A stretch of 64,000 nt of DNA from Clostridia bacterium (GCA_045530725.1 JAZSCT010000034.1:7396-71395), one strand, 5' to 3'. Positions 9,553-21,443 are shown, numbered from the stretch's first letter. Notes: generated from the letters alone by a model not told the origin. A program made the numbers and translations.

Positions 9553-11469
9553 TTGGCAAAGATTACCCGAAAAGACAAAAAAATCGATTATGTGAAAGAA
9601 TGGCAGGACTTTCTTTCAGGACATAATTTCAATATGTACAATCTTCTCGGATGTCACAAGGATGTTCAGAATTTAAAAGACGGATATGTGTTCAGAGTAT
9701 GGGCGCCCAATGCAAAGAGTGTCAGTCTCACAGGTGAGTTTAATAACTGGAACACAAAAGAACTTATGATGAAGAATATCGGCTATGGAATATGGGAGAT
9801 ATTCTGCGATTTCGTTCATACTTTTGACAGTTACAAATATTGTATAGAAAAAAGCGACGGAAGTTTTGTCTTAAAGTCCGACCCTTATGCATTTCATTCT
9901 GAGACAAGACCGGGAAATGCATCAAAAGTTTATTCTCTTGATGGGTTCAGGTGGACTGATGACAAATATGTGAAAGAAAGAAGCGAAAAGAATCAACTTA
10001 ACTGCCCCATGAATATATATGAAGTGCATCTTGGTTCATGGAGAAGATATGATGACGGCAATTTCTTTTCATATAAGGATCTTGCAAAAGAACTTATCCC
10101 TTATGTAAAAAAGATGGGATACACACATATAGAACTTATGCCTGTAAGTGAATATCCATTCGATCCTTCCTGGGGTTATCAGGTGACAGGATATTATTCA
10201 CCTACATCAAGATACGGTACGCCTAAGGACTTTATGGAACTTATAAATACTGCCCACAGAGAGGGCATCGGTATCATAGTTGACTGGGTACCGGCACATT
10301 TCCCGAAAGATGAGTGCGGACTTTATGAGTTTGACGGAAGTTGCCTTTATGAATATACCGATCCCAAGAAGAACGAGCATCCTCATTGGGGCACAAGGAT
10401 TTTTGATTATGAAAAAGGAGAGGTAATATCTTTCCTTGTGTCAAACGCAGTATATTGGTTTGACAAATTTCATATAGATGGTATAAGAGTAGATGCAGTT
10501 GCATCCATGCTTTATCTGGACTATGGCAAGGAAGAAGGACAATGGACAAGAAACAAATACGGATCAAATATCAATCTTGAAGCCGTTGAGTTCTTAAAGA
10601 CTCTCAATACTGCCGTGTTTGAAAGATTTGGCTATGCTCTTATGATTGCAGAAGAATCTACTGCATTTCCGGGAGTTACCAAGCCGCCATATGACGGAGG
10701 GCTGGGATTTAACTTCAAGTGGAATATGGGCTGGATGAACGATATGATGGAGTATATGTCCATGGATCCTTTGTTCAGACGTGATCACCAGAACAAAATC
10801 ACATTTTCTCTCACCTATGCATTTTCAGAAAACTATGTTCTCCCCTTAAGCCACGATGAGGTGGTTCACGGCAAGTGTTCACTTGTAAACAAAATGCCGG
10901 GAGAATATGAACAGAAATTTGATAACTTAAGGGCTTTTTACGGATATATGATGATTCATCCGGGAAAGAAACTTTCATTTATGGGCAATGAATTTGCTCA
11001 GTTTATAGAGTGGGATTTCAAAAAAGGCCTTGACTGGTTGCTTCTGGATTATGATCCTCACAAAAAAATGCAGGCTTATGTTGAGGATTTGAACAAATTT
11101 TATCTTAAGCATCCTGCAATGTGGGAGAATGATTCCGACTGGGAAGGTTTTAAGTGGATTGCCTGCGACGACAACGCACAGAGCATTATAGCATTACGAC
11201 GTATAGACAAAGACGGTGACGAGGTTATAAGTGTATCCAACTTCTGCCCTGTAGATAGAGAGGGTTACCGCATAGGAGTCCCTTATGAGGGGAAATACAG
11301 ACTGGTACTTACCAGCGATGATATTAAATACGGCGGACACACCCAAAAAGGCAAAACCTACAGTTCTAAGAAGATAGCGATGCATGGCTTTGATCAGAGC
11401 ATAAGTATAAAGATACCTGCTATGAGTACAAGCTATTTCAAACTTGTCAGGTCAAAGGAAACAAAGTAA
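9553..11469 (+). CDS. glgB: 1,4-alpha-glucan branching enzyme
   Basis: GH13 motifs [42 protein letters not shown]. Start moved to in-frame TTG 9553, 6 nt after GGGGGA, because GTG 9517 lies only 7 nt past the -10 box. Confidence 0.92.
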   Translation: MAKITRKDKKIDYVKEWQDFLSGHNFNMYNLLGCHKDVQNLKDGYVFRVWAPNAKSVSLTGEFNNWNTKELMMKNIGYGIWEIFCDFVHTFDSYKYCIEKSDGSFVLKSDPYAFHSETRPGNASKVYSLDGFRWTDDKYVKERSEKNQLNCPMNIYEVHLGSWRRYDDGNFFSYKDLAKELIPYVKKMGYTHIELMPVSEYPFDPSWGYQVTGYYSPTSRYGTPKDFMELINTAHREGIGIIVDWVPAHFPKDECGLYEFDGSCLYEYTDPKKNEHPHWGTRIFDYEKGEVISFLVSNAVYWFDKFHIDGIRVDAVASMLYLDYGKEEGQWTRNKYGSNINLEAVEFLKTLNTAVFERFGYALMIAEESTAFPGVTKPPYDGGLGFNFKWNMGWMNDMMEYMSMDPLFRRDHQNKITFSLTYAFSENYVLPLSHDEVVHGKCSLVNKMPGEYEQKFDNLRAFYGYMMIHPGKKLSFMGNEFAQFIEWDFKKGLDWLLLDYDPHKKMQAYVEDLNKFYLKHPAMWENDSDWEGFKWIACDDNAQSIIALRRIDKDGDEVISVSNFCPVDREGYRIGVPYEGKYRLVLTSDDIKYGGHTQKGKTYSSKKIAMHGFDQSISIKIPAMSTSYFKLVRSKETK

Positions 11470-11504
11470 GAAAGATATTAAAATTTTATAAGGTGGTGCA
11501 TACA

Positions 11505-12695
11505 ATGATTAGAAGGCGTAAAGAATGTGTTGCCATGCTTTTAGCCGGCGGACAGGGAAGCAGACTTAAGGTTCTGACTGAATATACAGCAAAACCTGCA
11601 GTTCCCTTCGGAGGAAAATACAGAATCATAGATTTTCCTTTGTCAAATTGTATCAACTCAGGAATTGACACCGTAGGAATTTTAACACAGTATCAGCCAT
11701 TGGAGCTGAACAACTATATCGGAAACGGAAGACCGTGGGGCTTGAATAAGAACTATGGCGGAGCGCATATATTGCCTCCATATTCCAGAAATGGAAAATC
11801 CGAATGGTACAAAGGTACAGCCAATGCTATTTATCAGAATATCCATTTTATAAATATGTACAATCCTGAATATGTGCTTATCCTTTCAGGTGACCATATT
11901 TATACAATGGATTACAATAAGATGCTCAAATTCCATAAGAAGAATAATGCAGACTGTACAATCGCAGTACTGGATGTTCCTCTGAAGGAAGCATCAAGAT
12001 TCGGTATTATGACTACAGATGAAGAAGACAGAATCTTTAAGTTCGAAGAAAAGCCCAAGAATCCAACAAGTACAAAAGCATCTATGGGTATCTATATTTT
12101 CAACTGGGAAGTATTGAAATCATACCTTATCGCTGATGAAAATGACCCGAATTCTGATAACGATTTCGGAAAGAATATTATCCCGAATCTTTTAAAAGAC
12201 GGCAAAGGGCTTTATGCATATGAGTTCGACGGGTACTGGAAGGATGTAGGAACCATCGACAGTCTCTGGGAAGCGAATATGGATCTTCTTGATTCTTCAA
12301 GTGGGATTTCTCTTGGCTCAGGAAACAAAAAGGTATATGCAAGAAACTATGCTGCTCCTCCTACAGAAATCTCTGCTACATCTGATGTGAAGAATTCCTT
12401 TATCGCAGAGGGATGTACTATAAGAGGAAAAGTAGAAAACAGTATTATTTTTACCGGATGTGAAATAGATAAGGGTGCGCATGTTGTGGATAGTGTTGTT
12501 ATGCCAAACACTCATATTATGGCAAATACCGACGTTCTCTATTCCATCATCGGTGAAAATGTTACAGTTGGCAAAAACTGTGTAGTAGGCGGAGATCCTT
12601 CTGACTACGACAAAAAAGATTGGGGGATTACTGTTATAGGCAAAGACAACGTGATAGAAGACAGTTCAGTAATCAAACCTAAGGAAATTATATAA
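11505..12695 (+). CDS. glgC: glucose-1-phosphate adenylyltransferase
   Basis: [31 protein letters not shown], and left-handed beta-helix C-terminal repeats. ATG 11505 follows AGGTGGTG. Confidence 0.93.
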   Translation: MIRRRKECVAMLLAGGQGSRLKVLTEYTAKPAVPFGGKYRIIDFPLSNCINSGIDTVGILTQYQPLELNNYIGNGRPWGLNKNYGGAHILPPYSRNGKSEWYKGTANAIYQNIHFINMYNPEYVLILSGDHIYTMDYNKMLKFHKKNNADCTIAVLDVPLKEASRFGIMTTDEEDRIFKFEEKPKNPTSTKASMGIYIFNWEVLKSYLIADENDPNSDNDFGKNIIPNLLKDGKGLYAYEFDGYWKDVGTIDSLWEANMDLLDSSSGISLGSGNKKVYARNYAAPPTEISATSDVKNSFIAEGCTIRGKVENSIIFTGCEIDKGAHVVDSVVMPNTHIMANTDVLYSIIGENVTVGKNCVVGGDPSDYDKKDWGITVIGKDNVIEDSSVIKPKEII

Positions 12696-12712
12696 GGGGA
12701 GGTGCTTTTATT

Positions 12713-13825
12713 ATGAAAATGGCAGGAATTATTTTTTCCAACATTTACGATAACACCATGGCAGAACTCACAAAACACAGAACTATGGCTTCTGTACCCT
12801 TCGGCGGAAGATACCGTCATATAGACTTTGTTCTTTCAAATATGGTTAATTCAGGCATTCAGTCTGTAGGTGCAATAACCAAATATCACTATAAATCCCT
12901 TATGGACCATCTTGGTACACTTGATGAGTGGGACCTTGATACAAAGACAGGTGGTTTCTATCTGATTCCTCCTTTCCTTGAAGGTCAGACATCTGTATAT
13001 AGAGGCAAGATAGAAGCATTAAGCGGTGCTATGAGTTTTGTCACAAGATGCGGATGCGATTATGTACTTTTGTCCGATTCTACAGTAATATGTAATATCG
13101 ATTATGACGAAATACTTGAAAATCACGTTTCATCAGGCAAGGATGTTACAGTTATTGCAAACAGAGATCCTCATCTTATAAACGAACCCAAGGAGTTTGT
13201 CCTGAATGCATATAAGGGCAAAGTCATAGATGTTGCTCTTAACTGCGTTACAGGCAAAGATGACTACATTGGCATGGGTATGTTCATTATGAGCATAGAC
13301 AAGATGGTAGAAATGGTAAATGACTGTGTATCAAGAGGCAAGTATCATCTTGAAAAAGACTTTATTCAGAAAGAATTCAACGATGGAAATATATCCATAA
13401 ACCTTTATGAATTTAAAGGAACTGTCCTTCGCAACAACTGTATTGTTTCATATTTTGAAAACAGTATGAAACTTCTGGATTATAATGTGAGAAAAGAAAT
13501 ATTTTCAAAGAACGGACCTATCTATACCAAAGTCCGTGACGAAAAGCCTACCTACTATGGTGCTTCAAGTGAAGTAGATAACTGTATCATAGCCGACGGT
13601 TGTGATATAAGAGGCAAGGTGGAAAACTGCGTTATATTCAGAAATGTTACCATCGAAGAGGGCGCTGTGGTAAAAAATTCCATCATTATTCAGGGTACTA
13701 CCATCAAGAAAGACTGCAACATTGAATACGTTGTAGCAGACAAGGATGTAGTATTTACCGAAGGAAGGACACTTATAGGCGCACCTACTGCACCTGTAAT
13801 AATCAACAAAGGAGAAACAGTATAA
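12713..13825 (+). CDS. glgD: glucose-1-phosphate adenylyltransferase regulatory subunit GlgD
   Basis: GlgC paralogue lacking the GGxGxRL loop (GIIFSNIYDNTMAELT...FGGRYRHIDFVLSNMVNSG). Sits in the classic Firmicutes glgC-glgD position. Confidence 0.85.
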   Translation: MKMAGIIFSNIYDNTMAELTKHRTMASVPFGGRYRHIDFVLSNMVNSGIQSVGAITKYHYKSLMDHLGTLDEWDLDTKTGGFYLIPPFLEGQTSVYRGKIEALSGAMSFVTRCGCDYVLLSDSTVICNIDYDEILENHVSSGKDVTVIANRDPHLINEPKEFVLNAYKGKVIDVALNCVTGKDDYIGMGMFIMSIDKMVEMVNDCVSRGKYHLEKDFIQKEFNDGNISINLYEFKGTVLRNNCIVSYFENSMKLLDYNVRKEIFSKNGPIYTKVRDEKPTYYGASSEVDNCIIADGCDIRGKVENCVIFRNVTIEEGAVVKNSIIIQGTTIKKDCNIEYVVADKDVVFTEGRTLIGAPTAPVIINKGETV

Positions 13826-13874
13826 ATAACAGCAATTACACAGACTATGTGTTGTGTATGGAAAGGGGAAACTT

Positions 13875-15299
13875 ATGAAAATTCTGTTTGCCGCATCCGA
13901 AGCGGCTCCCTTTGCAAAATCGGGTGGATTGGGTGATGTAGCCCAGGCGCTTCCCACTCAACTTGCAAAAAACAAAAATGTAGAAGTAAGGGTAGTAATC
14001 CCTTATTATAAAAGAATCAAGGACAATCCGGAGATAAATCCCGAATTTGTCACAAGTTTCGGAGTGGATCTTGCGTGGAGAAGAATTCACGTTGGGATTT
14101 TTAAGACCACATACAAGAAGGTCACATACTACTTTATAGACAATGAGTATTATTTTGCCAGAGATACATTCTATGGGCATTATGATGACGGGGAGAGGTT
14201 TGCATATTTTTCAAAGGCAATTCTCGAAATGATTCCATACATCGATTTTGTCCCTGATGTAATTCATACAAATGACTGGCAGACTGCGCTTATCCCTGTA
14301 TATCTTAAGGGTATTTATGCAAAGGATCCTATGTATAAGGGCATAAGAACTGTATTTACAATCCACAATATAGAGTATCAGGGCAAAATGCCTAATGAAT
14401 TTTTTAAAGATGTTATCGGTCTTGATGAGGGTATGAGAAGTGTGCTCACATATGACGGTTGTATCAACTTTATGAAAGCGGCAATCGTTCTCTGTGACAA
14501 ACTTACTACTGTATCAGAGACCTATTCATTTGAGATAAGATACCCTTATTTCTCACATGGATTAAGCGAAATCATCAAAGAAAATGAGTACAAAATCGAA
14601 GGTATCGTAAACGGTATTGACACAGATATATACAATCCTTCCAAGGATAAATATATCCAGACAAAATACAAGAGCGGTGAACTTTCGAAGAAGGCAAAGA
14701 ATAAGGAATACCTTCAGAAGAAACTTGGTCTTGAAGTAAATCCTGATATCCCTGTAGTGGCAATTATATCCCGTCTTGTATCTCACAAGGGACTTGATCT
14801 TGTGGAAAGAGTTTTGAATGAGATTATGGGGCTTAATGTGGAATTTATTGTACTCGGTACAGGGGACAAAAAGTTTGAAGATATGTTCAATTTCACAGCA
14901 TACAATCATCCTTCAAGAATGGCATCACTTATAAAGTTTGATCCTGTACTTGCAAGTGAGGTGTATGCAGGTGCAGATATCCTTCTTATGCCAAGCAAAT
15001 CCGAGCCTTGCGGGCTTTCGCAACTTATAGCAATGCGCTATGGCACAATCCCGGTTGTAAGAGAAACAGGTGGCTTAAATGACACAGTTCCTCCTATAAA
15101 TACCGAGACTCTGGAAGGAAGAGGCTTTACCTTCAAGGGATACAATGCACACGATATGCTTGATGCGATAAGCCGTGCAGTAAACTTTTATTATGACAAG
15201 CCAAAGTATGAACAGATTGTGAAATCCATTATGGATTTCAAGTCAGACTGGACTATTTCTGCGGCTAAATATGTCAATGTTTATAAAAGTATAATATAA
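13875..15299 (+). CDS. glgA: glycogen synthase
   Basis: MKILFAASEAAPFAKSGGLGDV N-terminus and a GT5 C-terminal SKSEPCGLSQL. Start taken at ATG 13875, after AAAGGGGAAAC. Confidence 0.93.
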   Translation: MKILFAASEAAPFAKSGGLGDVAQALPTQLAKNKNVEVRVVIPYYKRIKDNPEINPEFVTSFGVDLAWRRIHVGIFKTTYKKVTYYFIDNEYYFARDTFYGHYDDGERFAYFSKAILEMIPYIDFVPDVIHTNDWQTALIPVYLKGIYAKDPMYKGIRTVFTIHNIEYQGKMPNEFFKDVIGLDEGMRSVLTYDGCINFMKAAIVLCDKLTTVSETYSFEIRYPYFSHGLSEIIKENEYKIEGIVNGIDTDIYNPSKDKYIQTKYKSGELSKKAKNKEYLQKKLGLEVNPDIPVVAIISRLVSHKGLDLVERVLNEIMGLNVEFIVLGTGDKKFEDMFNFTAYNHPSRMASLIKFDPVLASEVYAGADILLMPSKSEPCGLSQLIAMRYGTIPVVRETGGLNDTVPPINTETLEGRGFTFKGYNAHDMLDAISRAVNFYYDKPKYEQIVKSIMDFKSDWTISAAKYVNVYKSII

Positions 15300-15380
15300 T
15301 AAAATATCATCACATTTTGTGTTTGATTTATGGGAAAACCCACCATTTGTAATAACATTAGTAAGGAGAGAAAGTAAGAA

Positions 15381-17795
15381 ATGGCGTACAAAAAAGAAGA
15401 AATCCTTCAGCTTATAGACAAAGAATGTCTCAATAACTATGGCTGCTACCTGAAGGAAGCAACAGAAAGACAAATCTACAAATCAGTATGCAGAGTTGTC
15501 AAAGATTTACTTGCAGCAAAGAGAAAAGAATTTCACGAATCATATGATAAGAAAGACGGCAAACAGGTTTATTATATGTCAATGGAGTTTCTTGTTGGTA
15601 CATCCTTAAGAAACAACCTTTACAACCTTGGCCTTGAATCTGTATTTACAAAGGCTTTGAAAGACAGCGGTGTAGATATCAACCGTATGTATGAACTTGA
15701 GCCTGATGCAGGTCTTGGTAACGGCGGTCTTGGAAGACTTGCTTCATGTTATATGGATGCTATGACAAGTGTCGGTATGATGGGAACAGGTTTTTCAATA
15801 AGATATGAATTCGGTATCTTCAAGCAGAAGATTGTAGATGGCTGGCAGATGGAATTCCCTGACAACTGGCTTGAAATGGGAGATGTATGGCTCAATCAGA
15901 GAAAAGACGAATCCTTCGAAGTAAAATTCGGTGGCCATGTTGTGGAAGACTGGACAGGGGACAAACTAAATGTAAGACACGAAGGATATAATTCTGTCAT
16001 TGCAGTTCCATACGATATGTTTATATCAGGTCATGACTCAAAGGCTGTAAACAAACTTATCCTCTGGAGTGCAAAGTCTCCTAATTCAATCGATATGAAT
16101 GCATTCTCACGTGGAGAATATGTGCAGAGTCTTGAAGAAAATACAATGGCAGAAGTAATCTCAAAGATTCTCTATCCTGCCGACAACCATATCGAAGGCA
16201 AACGTCTTCGTGTGAAACAGCAGTACCTTTTAGTAAGTGCATCATTGCAGATGATTCTTAAAAGTCACCTTAAGAAATACAAAAACCTTGACAATCTTTC
16301 TGACAAGGTGGCTATCCATATCAATGATACACATCCTGCACTTTGTGTACCTGAACTTATGAGACTCCTTGTTGATGAGCACGGATATGACTGGGACAGC
16401 GCATGGGAAATTGCACAGAAGACTCTTTCTTATACAAATCATACAGTTATGAGCGAAGCATTGGAAAGATGGCCAGAATCATTATTCAGCGCAGAACTTC
16501 CAAGAATATATCAAATTGTATGTGAAATCAACCGTCGTCTTGTACAGAGCCTTAACCAGAAATACCCCGGCGATGTGGCAAAGATTGATTATATGGCAGT
16601 TATTGCACATGGCGAAGTAAGAATGGCAAACCTTTGTCTTGCATGCTGTCACACAGTAAACGGCGTATCCAAACTTCACAGTCAGATTCTTGTAGATTCT
16701 ATTTTCAGAGATTACTACAACATCACACCTGATAAGTTTACAAATGTTACCAACGGTATCTATTACAGAAGATGGCTTTGTCAGTCAAACCCTGAACTTA
16801 CCAAACTTATAAAAGGCCTTATCGGCAATAAGTTTATAAAAGATGCAGATGCCCTTGAAGATCTGCTCAAATACAAAGATGACAAGACAGTTCTTGAAGA
16901 ACTCAGAAAAATCAAACTTATCAAGAAGACGCAACTTGCAGAGTACATTGCATCTGCAAACGGTGTAAATGTAGATCCTAATTCTATATTTGATATTCAG
17001 GTAAAGAGACTTCACGAATACAAGAGACAACTTCTCAACGTTCTTCAGATTATGCATATGTATCTTAAGATCAAGGAAAATCCAAATGCGGATTTCGTTC
17101 CGAGAACATTTATCTTTGCAGCCAAAGCATCTGCAGGATATATGATGGCAAAACAGATAATCAGACTTATAAGTGCCGTATCAAACCTTGTAAACTCTGA
17201 TATTCAGGTAAGAGACAAACTGAAAGTTATTTTCATTGAAGACTACAGAGTATCTCTTGCAGAAAAGATTATCCCTGCCGCAGAAATCTCCGAGCAGATT
17301 TCCATTGCAGGTAAAGAAGCATCAGGTACAGGCAATATGAAGTTTATGATAAACGGTGCAGTTACTCTCGGTACACTTGACGGTGCAAACGTGGAAATCT
17401 TCGAACAGGTAGGGGACGAAAATATATTCCTCTTTGGTCTTAAGGCTCACGAAGTAGATGAACTATGGGCAAAAGGCTATAATCCGCAGGTATATGTGAA
17501 TAACAGTCCTGAACTTAAGGCAGTTCTCGGTATGCTTACAGACGGAACTCTTGGAACAAGATTTGATGATATACACAAATCACTTCTTACAAATTCCTTC
17601 GGTGTTGCTGATGCATATATGACACTTGCAGACTTTGATTCTTATGTAAAAGCACAGAGAAAAGTTGACGCTACCTATAAGGATGCAGATAAGTTTACAA
17701 ATATGTCACTTACAAATATCGCAAAGGCAGGTATCTTCTCATCTGACAGAGCGGTTAAGGAATATGCAGACAACATCTGGAAAATGAAGTATTAA
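15381..17795 (+). CDS. glgP: glycogen/maltodextrin phosphorylase
   Basis: 804-aa ORF with EPDAGLGNGGLGRLA and the PLP-lysine motif EASGTGNMKFMINGA. Confidence 0.93.
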   Translation: MAYKKEEILQLIDKECLNNYGCYLKEATERQIYKSVCRVVKDLLAAKRKEFHESYDKKDGKQVYYMSMEFLVGTSLRNNLYNLGLESVFTKALKDSGVDINRMYELEPDAGLGNGGLGRLASCYMDAMTSVGMMGTGFSIRYEFGIFKQKIVDGWQMEFPDNWLEMGDVWLNQRKDESFEVKFGGHVVEDWTGDKLNVRHEGYNSVIAVPYDMFISGHDSKAVNKLILWSAKSPNSIDMNAFSRGEYVQSLEENTMAEVISKILYPADNHIEGKRLRVKQQYLLVSASLQMILKSHLKKYKNLDNLSDKVAIHINDTHPALCVPELMRLLVDEHGYDWDSAWEIAQKTLSYTNHTVMSEALERWPESLFSAELPRIYQIVCEINRRLVQSLNQKYPGDVAKIDYMAVIAHGEVRMANLCLACCHTVNGVSKLHSQILVDSIFRDYYNITPDKFTNVTNGIYYRRWLCQSNPELTKLIKGLIGNKFIKDADALEDLLKYKDDKTVLEELRKIKLIKKTQLAEYIASANGVNVDPNSIFDIQVKRLHEYKRQLLNVLQIMHMYLKIKENPNADFVPRTFIFAAKASAGYMMAKQIIRLISAVSNLVNSDIQVRDKLKVIFIEDYRVSLAEKIIPAAEISEQISIAGKEASGTGNMKFMINGAVTLGTLDGANVEIFEQVGDENIFLFGLKAHEVDELWAKGYNPQVYVNNSPELKAVLGMLTDGTLGTRFDDIHKSLLTNSFGVADAYMTLADFDSYVKAQRKVDATYKDADKFTNMSLTNIAKAGIFSSDRAVKEYADNIWKMKY

Positions 17796-17842
17796 TTTGC
17801 TTGATGTAAAACTGTAGTAAAGTAAAAAATTAAGTAAGATAT

Positions 17843-17873
17843 GATTGCAGTATGCATTTTGCATACTGCAATC
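17843..17873 (+). terminator. perfect 13-bp stem-loop between glgP and the GH13 gene (partial terminator or processing site)
   Basis: GATTGCAGTATGC-ATTTT-GCATACTGCAATC. Only a weak T tract follows. The ORF-track ATG 17852 lies inside the stem. Confidence 0.45.
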
Positions 17874-17896
17874 CATTTATAAGTAGGGAAAAAACA

Positions 17897-19735
17897 ATGA
17901 GAATTTTATTTGACAGCAAAAATAATAAACACAAAACTCCTTTTGGGTGCTTAAGAGAAGACGAAAAGTGTACTCTCTGCATACATATCCCCGAAAATGT
18001 CTCTGCAAAAAGGTGTTTTTTGTGTATGGAAAACAATGAAGGCTTTTATCTTAAAATTCCTATGAAAAAAAGTCATACTGTAGATTTGTATGACTATTTC
18101 AATGTGGAGTTTTCCATAAACCATGTTGGGTTGTATCATTACTGGTTTAAGATAGAACAGGAAGGAAACTCCTTTGATTTATTTAAAGAGGGCTATTCTG
18201 ATACAAATATCGGTGCGGGAGATAAGTGGCAACTTACTGTGTTTTGTAAGGAATATGAGACACCTGAGGATTTCAAGGGGAAGGTATATTATCAGATTTT
18301 TCCTGACAGATTTTATTATGAAAATATAATAGAACCTGAATCAAAACTTGCCCCATACAGAATACACCCATCCTTCAAGGAAGAGCCTGATTATCTTCCA
18401 AACCAGGAAGGGAAGATCCTTAACTGTGACTTCTTTGGCGGAAATCTTCAGGGAATAGAAAAGAAACTTCCATATCTTAAAGACCTGGGTGTAGGTGTGA
18501 TATATTTAAATCCCGTCTTTATGGCATATTCCAACCACAGATATGACACCGCAGATTACAAAAGAATCGATCCTCTTCTTGGTGACGAATATGATTTTGC
18601 ATCTCTTTGTGAAAGAGCACACAAAATGGGAATGAAGATAATTATCGATTGTGCATTTTCTCATACAGGAAGCAACAGCGTGTATTTTGATAAGGAAAAT
18701 ATCTTTGGAAACGGTGCATATCACAACCCTGATTCTCCATACAGAAACTGGTTTCAGTTTGTGAATTATCCTCATGAATATACAAGTTGGTGGGGAATAG
18801 ACACATTGCCATGTACAGAAGAACTTAATGAAGATTTTTTGGACTATATTGTACGATGCGATGATTCTGTAGTGGCTCATTGGTTAAGGCTTGGTGCAGA
18901 TGGCATAAGACTTGATGTGGCAGATGAACTTCCTGATGAGTTTATCGTAGAAGTGAAGAAAAAACTAAAAGAAATAAATCCCAATGCACTACTTATGGGC
19001 GAAGTATGGGAGGATGCATCAAATAAGGAAAGTTACGGCAAAGTACGTCAGTATCTTTCACATAGTGAACTGGATTCGGTTATGAATTATCCTTTCCAGA
19101 ATGCCATAATAGATTTCTGTCTTGGAAATATCTCTTCAAAATCATTGGCGCAAACTGTTATGACCATAAGGGAGAATTACCCTAAGCCTGTATATGACTG
19201 TCTTATGACAAGCCTTTCCACTCACGATACTGTGAGAATCATAAACAGACTTTCTCCTGATATCCCCGAACTTTCAAGAGAGGGCAGAGCCCATTATGTT
19301 ATAGAAGGAGATAGCCTTACAAAAGGTATTGGACTTGAAAAGATTGCCGCATTCCTTCAATTTACTCTTGGAGGGTCTGCAAGTATATATTACGGAGACG
19401 AAGCAGGTCTTCAGGGGTTTGAAGATCCATTCAACAGAAGATTTTTCCCCTGGGATAATATAGATTGTGATCTTTTTGATTTTTACAAAAAACTTGCATC
19501 TATAAAGAATTCCACCGATCTTCTTAAGACAGGGGAAATAAAAGCATATGAAGATGACGGGGTATTTATATTTGAGAGATTTAGTGAAGATTCAAGTATC
19601 AAAGGTGTAGTAAATCTTACAGACAGAGAATATGCTGTTGATACAAAAGAAGTGGTGTTATCATCCAATGTGCAGTCAGATGGAGATAAACTTACAGTGT
19701 GCAAAAACGGATTTGTACTTTTTTATACTTCATAA
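17897..19735 (+). CDS. GH13 alpha-amylase family enzyme (neopullulanase/cyclomaltodextrinase-like)
   Basis: GH13 regions IIDCAFSHTG, GADGIRLDVADE, LMGEVWED, SLSTHDTVR. Start taken at ATG 17897 (MRILFDSK), downstream of the hairpin. Confidence 0.85.
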   Translation: MRILFDSKNNKHKTPFGCLREDEKCTLCIHIPENVSAKRCFLCMENNEGFYLKIPMKKSHTVDLYDYFNVEFSINHVGLYHYWFKIEQEGNSFDLFKEGYSDTNIGAGDKWQLTVFCKEYETPEDFKGKVYYQIFPDRFYYENIIEPESKLAPYRIHPSFKEEPDYLPNQEGKILNCDFFGGNLQGIEKKLPYLKDLGVGVIYLNPVFMAYSNHRYDTADYKRIDPLLGDEYDFASLCERAHKMGMKIIIDCAFSHTGSNSVYFDKENIFGNGAYHNPDSPYRNWFQFVNYPHEYTSWWGIDTLPCTEELNEDFLDYIVRCDDSVVAHWLRLGADGIRLDVADELPDEFIVEVKKKLKEINPNALLMGEVWEDASNKESYGKVRQYLSHSELDSVMNYPFQNAIIDFCLGNISSKSLAQTVMTIRENYPKPVYDCLMTSLSTHDTVRIINRLSPDIPELSREGRAHYVIEGDSLTKGIGLEKIAAFLQFTLGGSASIYYGDEAGLQGFEDPFNRRFFPWDNIDCDLFDFYKKLASIKNSTDLLKTGEIKAYEDDGVFIFERFSEDSSIKGVVNLTDREYAVDTKEVVLSSNVQSDGDKLTVCKNGFVLFYTS

Positions 19736-19799
19736 AAATAAGCGTTCTTTCATATACTAGAATAGTTATATTCTTTTATATGTGAGGACGCTTTTTTAT

Positions 19800-20669
19800 A
19801 TGAAAAATATCACCAATACACTTATTTGTGTGCTCTTTGTAATAGCACTTTCAGGATATGGATTTTGTTCATTTTTTATAGAGCCGGGAGTGGATGAAAC
19901 CTATGCGGCAATCTCGGATAAAACTGAATCACAAGGGGGAAATATCCCGTCTTTTATGTATCATCTTGTAATAGACGATAAGAGTAAGTCGGGAGAATAT
20001 GTGATAACACCCGAAGAATTTGAATCAGATGTTACATATCTTATAAATAATGGATATACTCCCGTATTTGTATCAGAGGTGTCACGCTATTTTAAGGGGG
20101 AAGGTGTCCTTCCTCACAAACCTGTCCTTATTACCTTTGATGACGGATATTATAATAATTATCTCAATGTATTGCCCATTTTGAAAAAACATAATATAAA
20201 AGTCAATATTGCTCTGATCGGCAAATATACCGAAATGTATTCATCAAATGGGGAGATAAACGAACTTTATACCCACCTTACATATGATCATATAAGAGAA
20301 ATGTCAGAGTCAGGTCTTGTGGAGTTTGGAAATCATACTTATGATATGCACAAAATTACTGCCTTAAGACGAGGTGTAGAAAGAGCGGGCCTTGAAAGTG
20401 ATGAGGAATACAGAAAAGTACTTTATGAAGACTTTATGAAAATCCATAATGATATAAAGGAAAACTGCGGTATAGACCTTAAATACTTTGCTTATCCATA
20501 TGGATTTTTGTCAGATACGGCAGAAAGTGTCTTAAGGGATATGGGATATAGTGTGTTTCTTACCTGTGAGAAAGGTAACAATACTGTATCGGAAAAGTCA
20601 ATAGATACAATAAGACTGAAAAGATACAACAGACCTTCAGGAAAGGGTATAGCAGAAATCCTCAAATAA
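19800..20669 (+). CDS. polysaccharide deacetylase (NodB homology domain), membrane anchored
   Basis: An N-terminal TM segment, then LITFDDGYYNNY and FGNHTYDMH motifs. ATG 19800 chosen because GTG 19782 lies inside the upstream stem-loop. Confidence 0.8.
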   Translation: MKNITNTLICVLFVIALSGYGFCSFFIEPGVDETYAAISDKTESQGGNIPSFMYHLVIDDKSKSGEYVITPEEFESDVTYLINNGYTPVFVSEVSRYFKGEGVLPHKPVLITFDDGYYNNYLNVLPILKKHNIKVNIALIGKYTEMYSSNGEINELYTHLTYDHIREMSESGLVEFGNHTYDMHKITALRRGVERAGLESDEEYRKVLYEDFMKIHNDIKENCGIDLKYFAYPYGFLSDTAESVLRDMGYSVFLTCEKGNNTVSEKSIDTIRLKRYNRPSGKGIAEILK

Positions 20670-20672
20670 AAA

Positions 20673-20709
20673 CATACCAAAAGGGACGGTCCCTTTTGGT
20701 ATGTTTTTT
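20673..20709. terminator. bidirectional terminator between the deacetylase gene and trmD
   Basis: 14-bp stem CATACCAAAAGGGA/TCCCTTTTGGTATG with a CGG loop, flanked by an A-run and a T-run. The two genes converge on it. Confidence 0.8.
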
Positions 20710-20754
20710 CATTTTTTACAAAAGAAATCCCTCCGATTTTTCAGAGAGATTATA

Positions 20755-21432
20755 CTATTTGTTAAGTAAGTCAGGGCGTCTTTTCAATGTTTCTTTATAT
20801 GACATTTCCTTCCGCCACTCTTCGATTTTTTTGTGATCACCTGACAAAAGTACGTCAGGCACCTTCTCTCCCATAAACTCAGGCGGTCTTGTGTACTGAG
20901 GATGTTCAAGGAGGCCATTGTAGTGGGATTCAAGGGTAAAACTTTCTTCAGTTTTCAATACTCCTTCTATCATTCTGCTTACTGTATCGATAAGCACCAT
21001 AGCAGGGAGTTCTCCCCCTGTAAGTACATAGTCGCCTATGGAAATCTCTTCATCAACGATTTTGTCTATGATTCTCTGATCCACACCTTCATAGTGTCCG
21101 CAGAGAATCACTATATGTTCCATTTGGGAAAGTTCAGCTGCTCTTTTTTGTGTCAGTACATTTCCTTTGGGGCTCATATATATTACGTGAGGTTTCTTAT
21201 TGGAAGTCTCACATACTTTCATATATGCATCATATATGGGCTGAGGCTGCATTACCATACCATATCCTCCGCCATATGGGTAGTCATCTACCTGACCGTG
21301 CTTGTTTATGGCGAAATCCCTTATATTTGTAGTATTAAATTCTATAAGTCCCTTTTTTTCTGCTCTTCCGATGATGCTTTCGTTTAGTATATCAAACATA
21401 TCAGGAAAGAGTGTAAGTATATCAAATTTCAT
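20755..21432 (-). CDS. trmD: tRNA (guanine37-N1)-methyltransferase
   Basis: MKFDILTLFPDMF..., DDYPYGGGYGMVM, LLSGDHKKIEEWR. Confidence 0.93.
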   Translation of the reverse strand: MKFDILTLFPDMFDILNESIIGRAEKKGLIEFNTTNIRDFAINKHGQVDDYPYGGGYGMVMQPQPIYDAYMKVCETSNKKPHVIYMSPKGNVLTQKRAAELSQMEHIVILCGHYEGVDQRIIDKIVDEEISIGDYVLTGGELPAMVLIDTVSRMIEGVLKTEESFTLESHYNGLLEHPQYTRPPEFMGEKVPDVLLSGDHKKIEEWRKEMSYKETLKRRPDLLNK

Positions 21433-21443
21433 ATTATTCTCCG

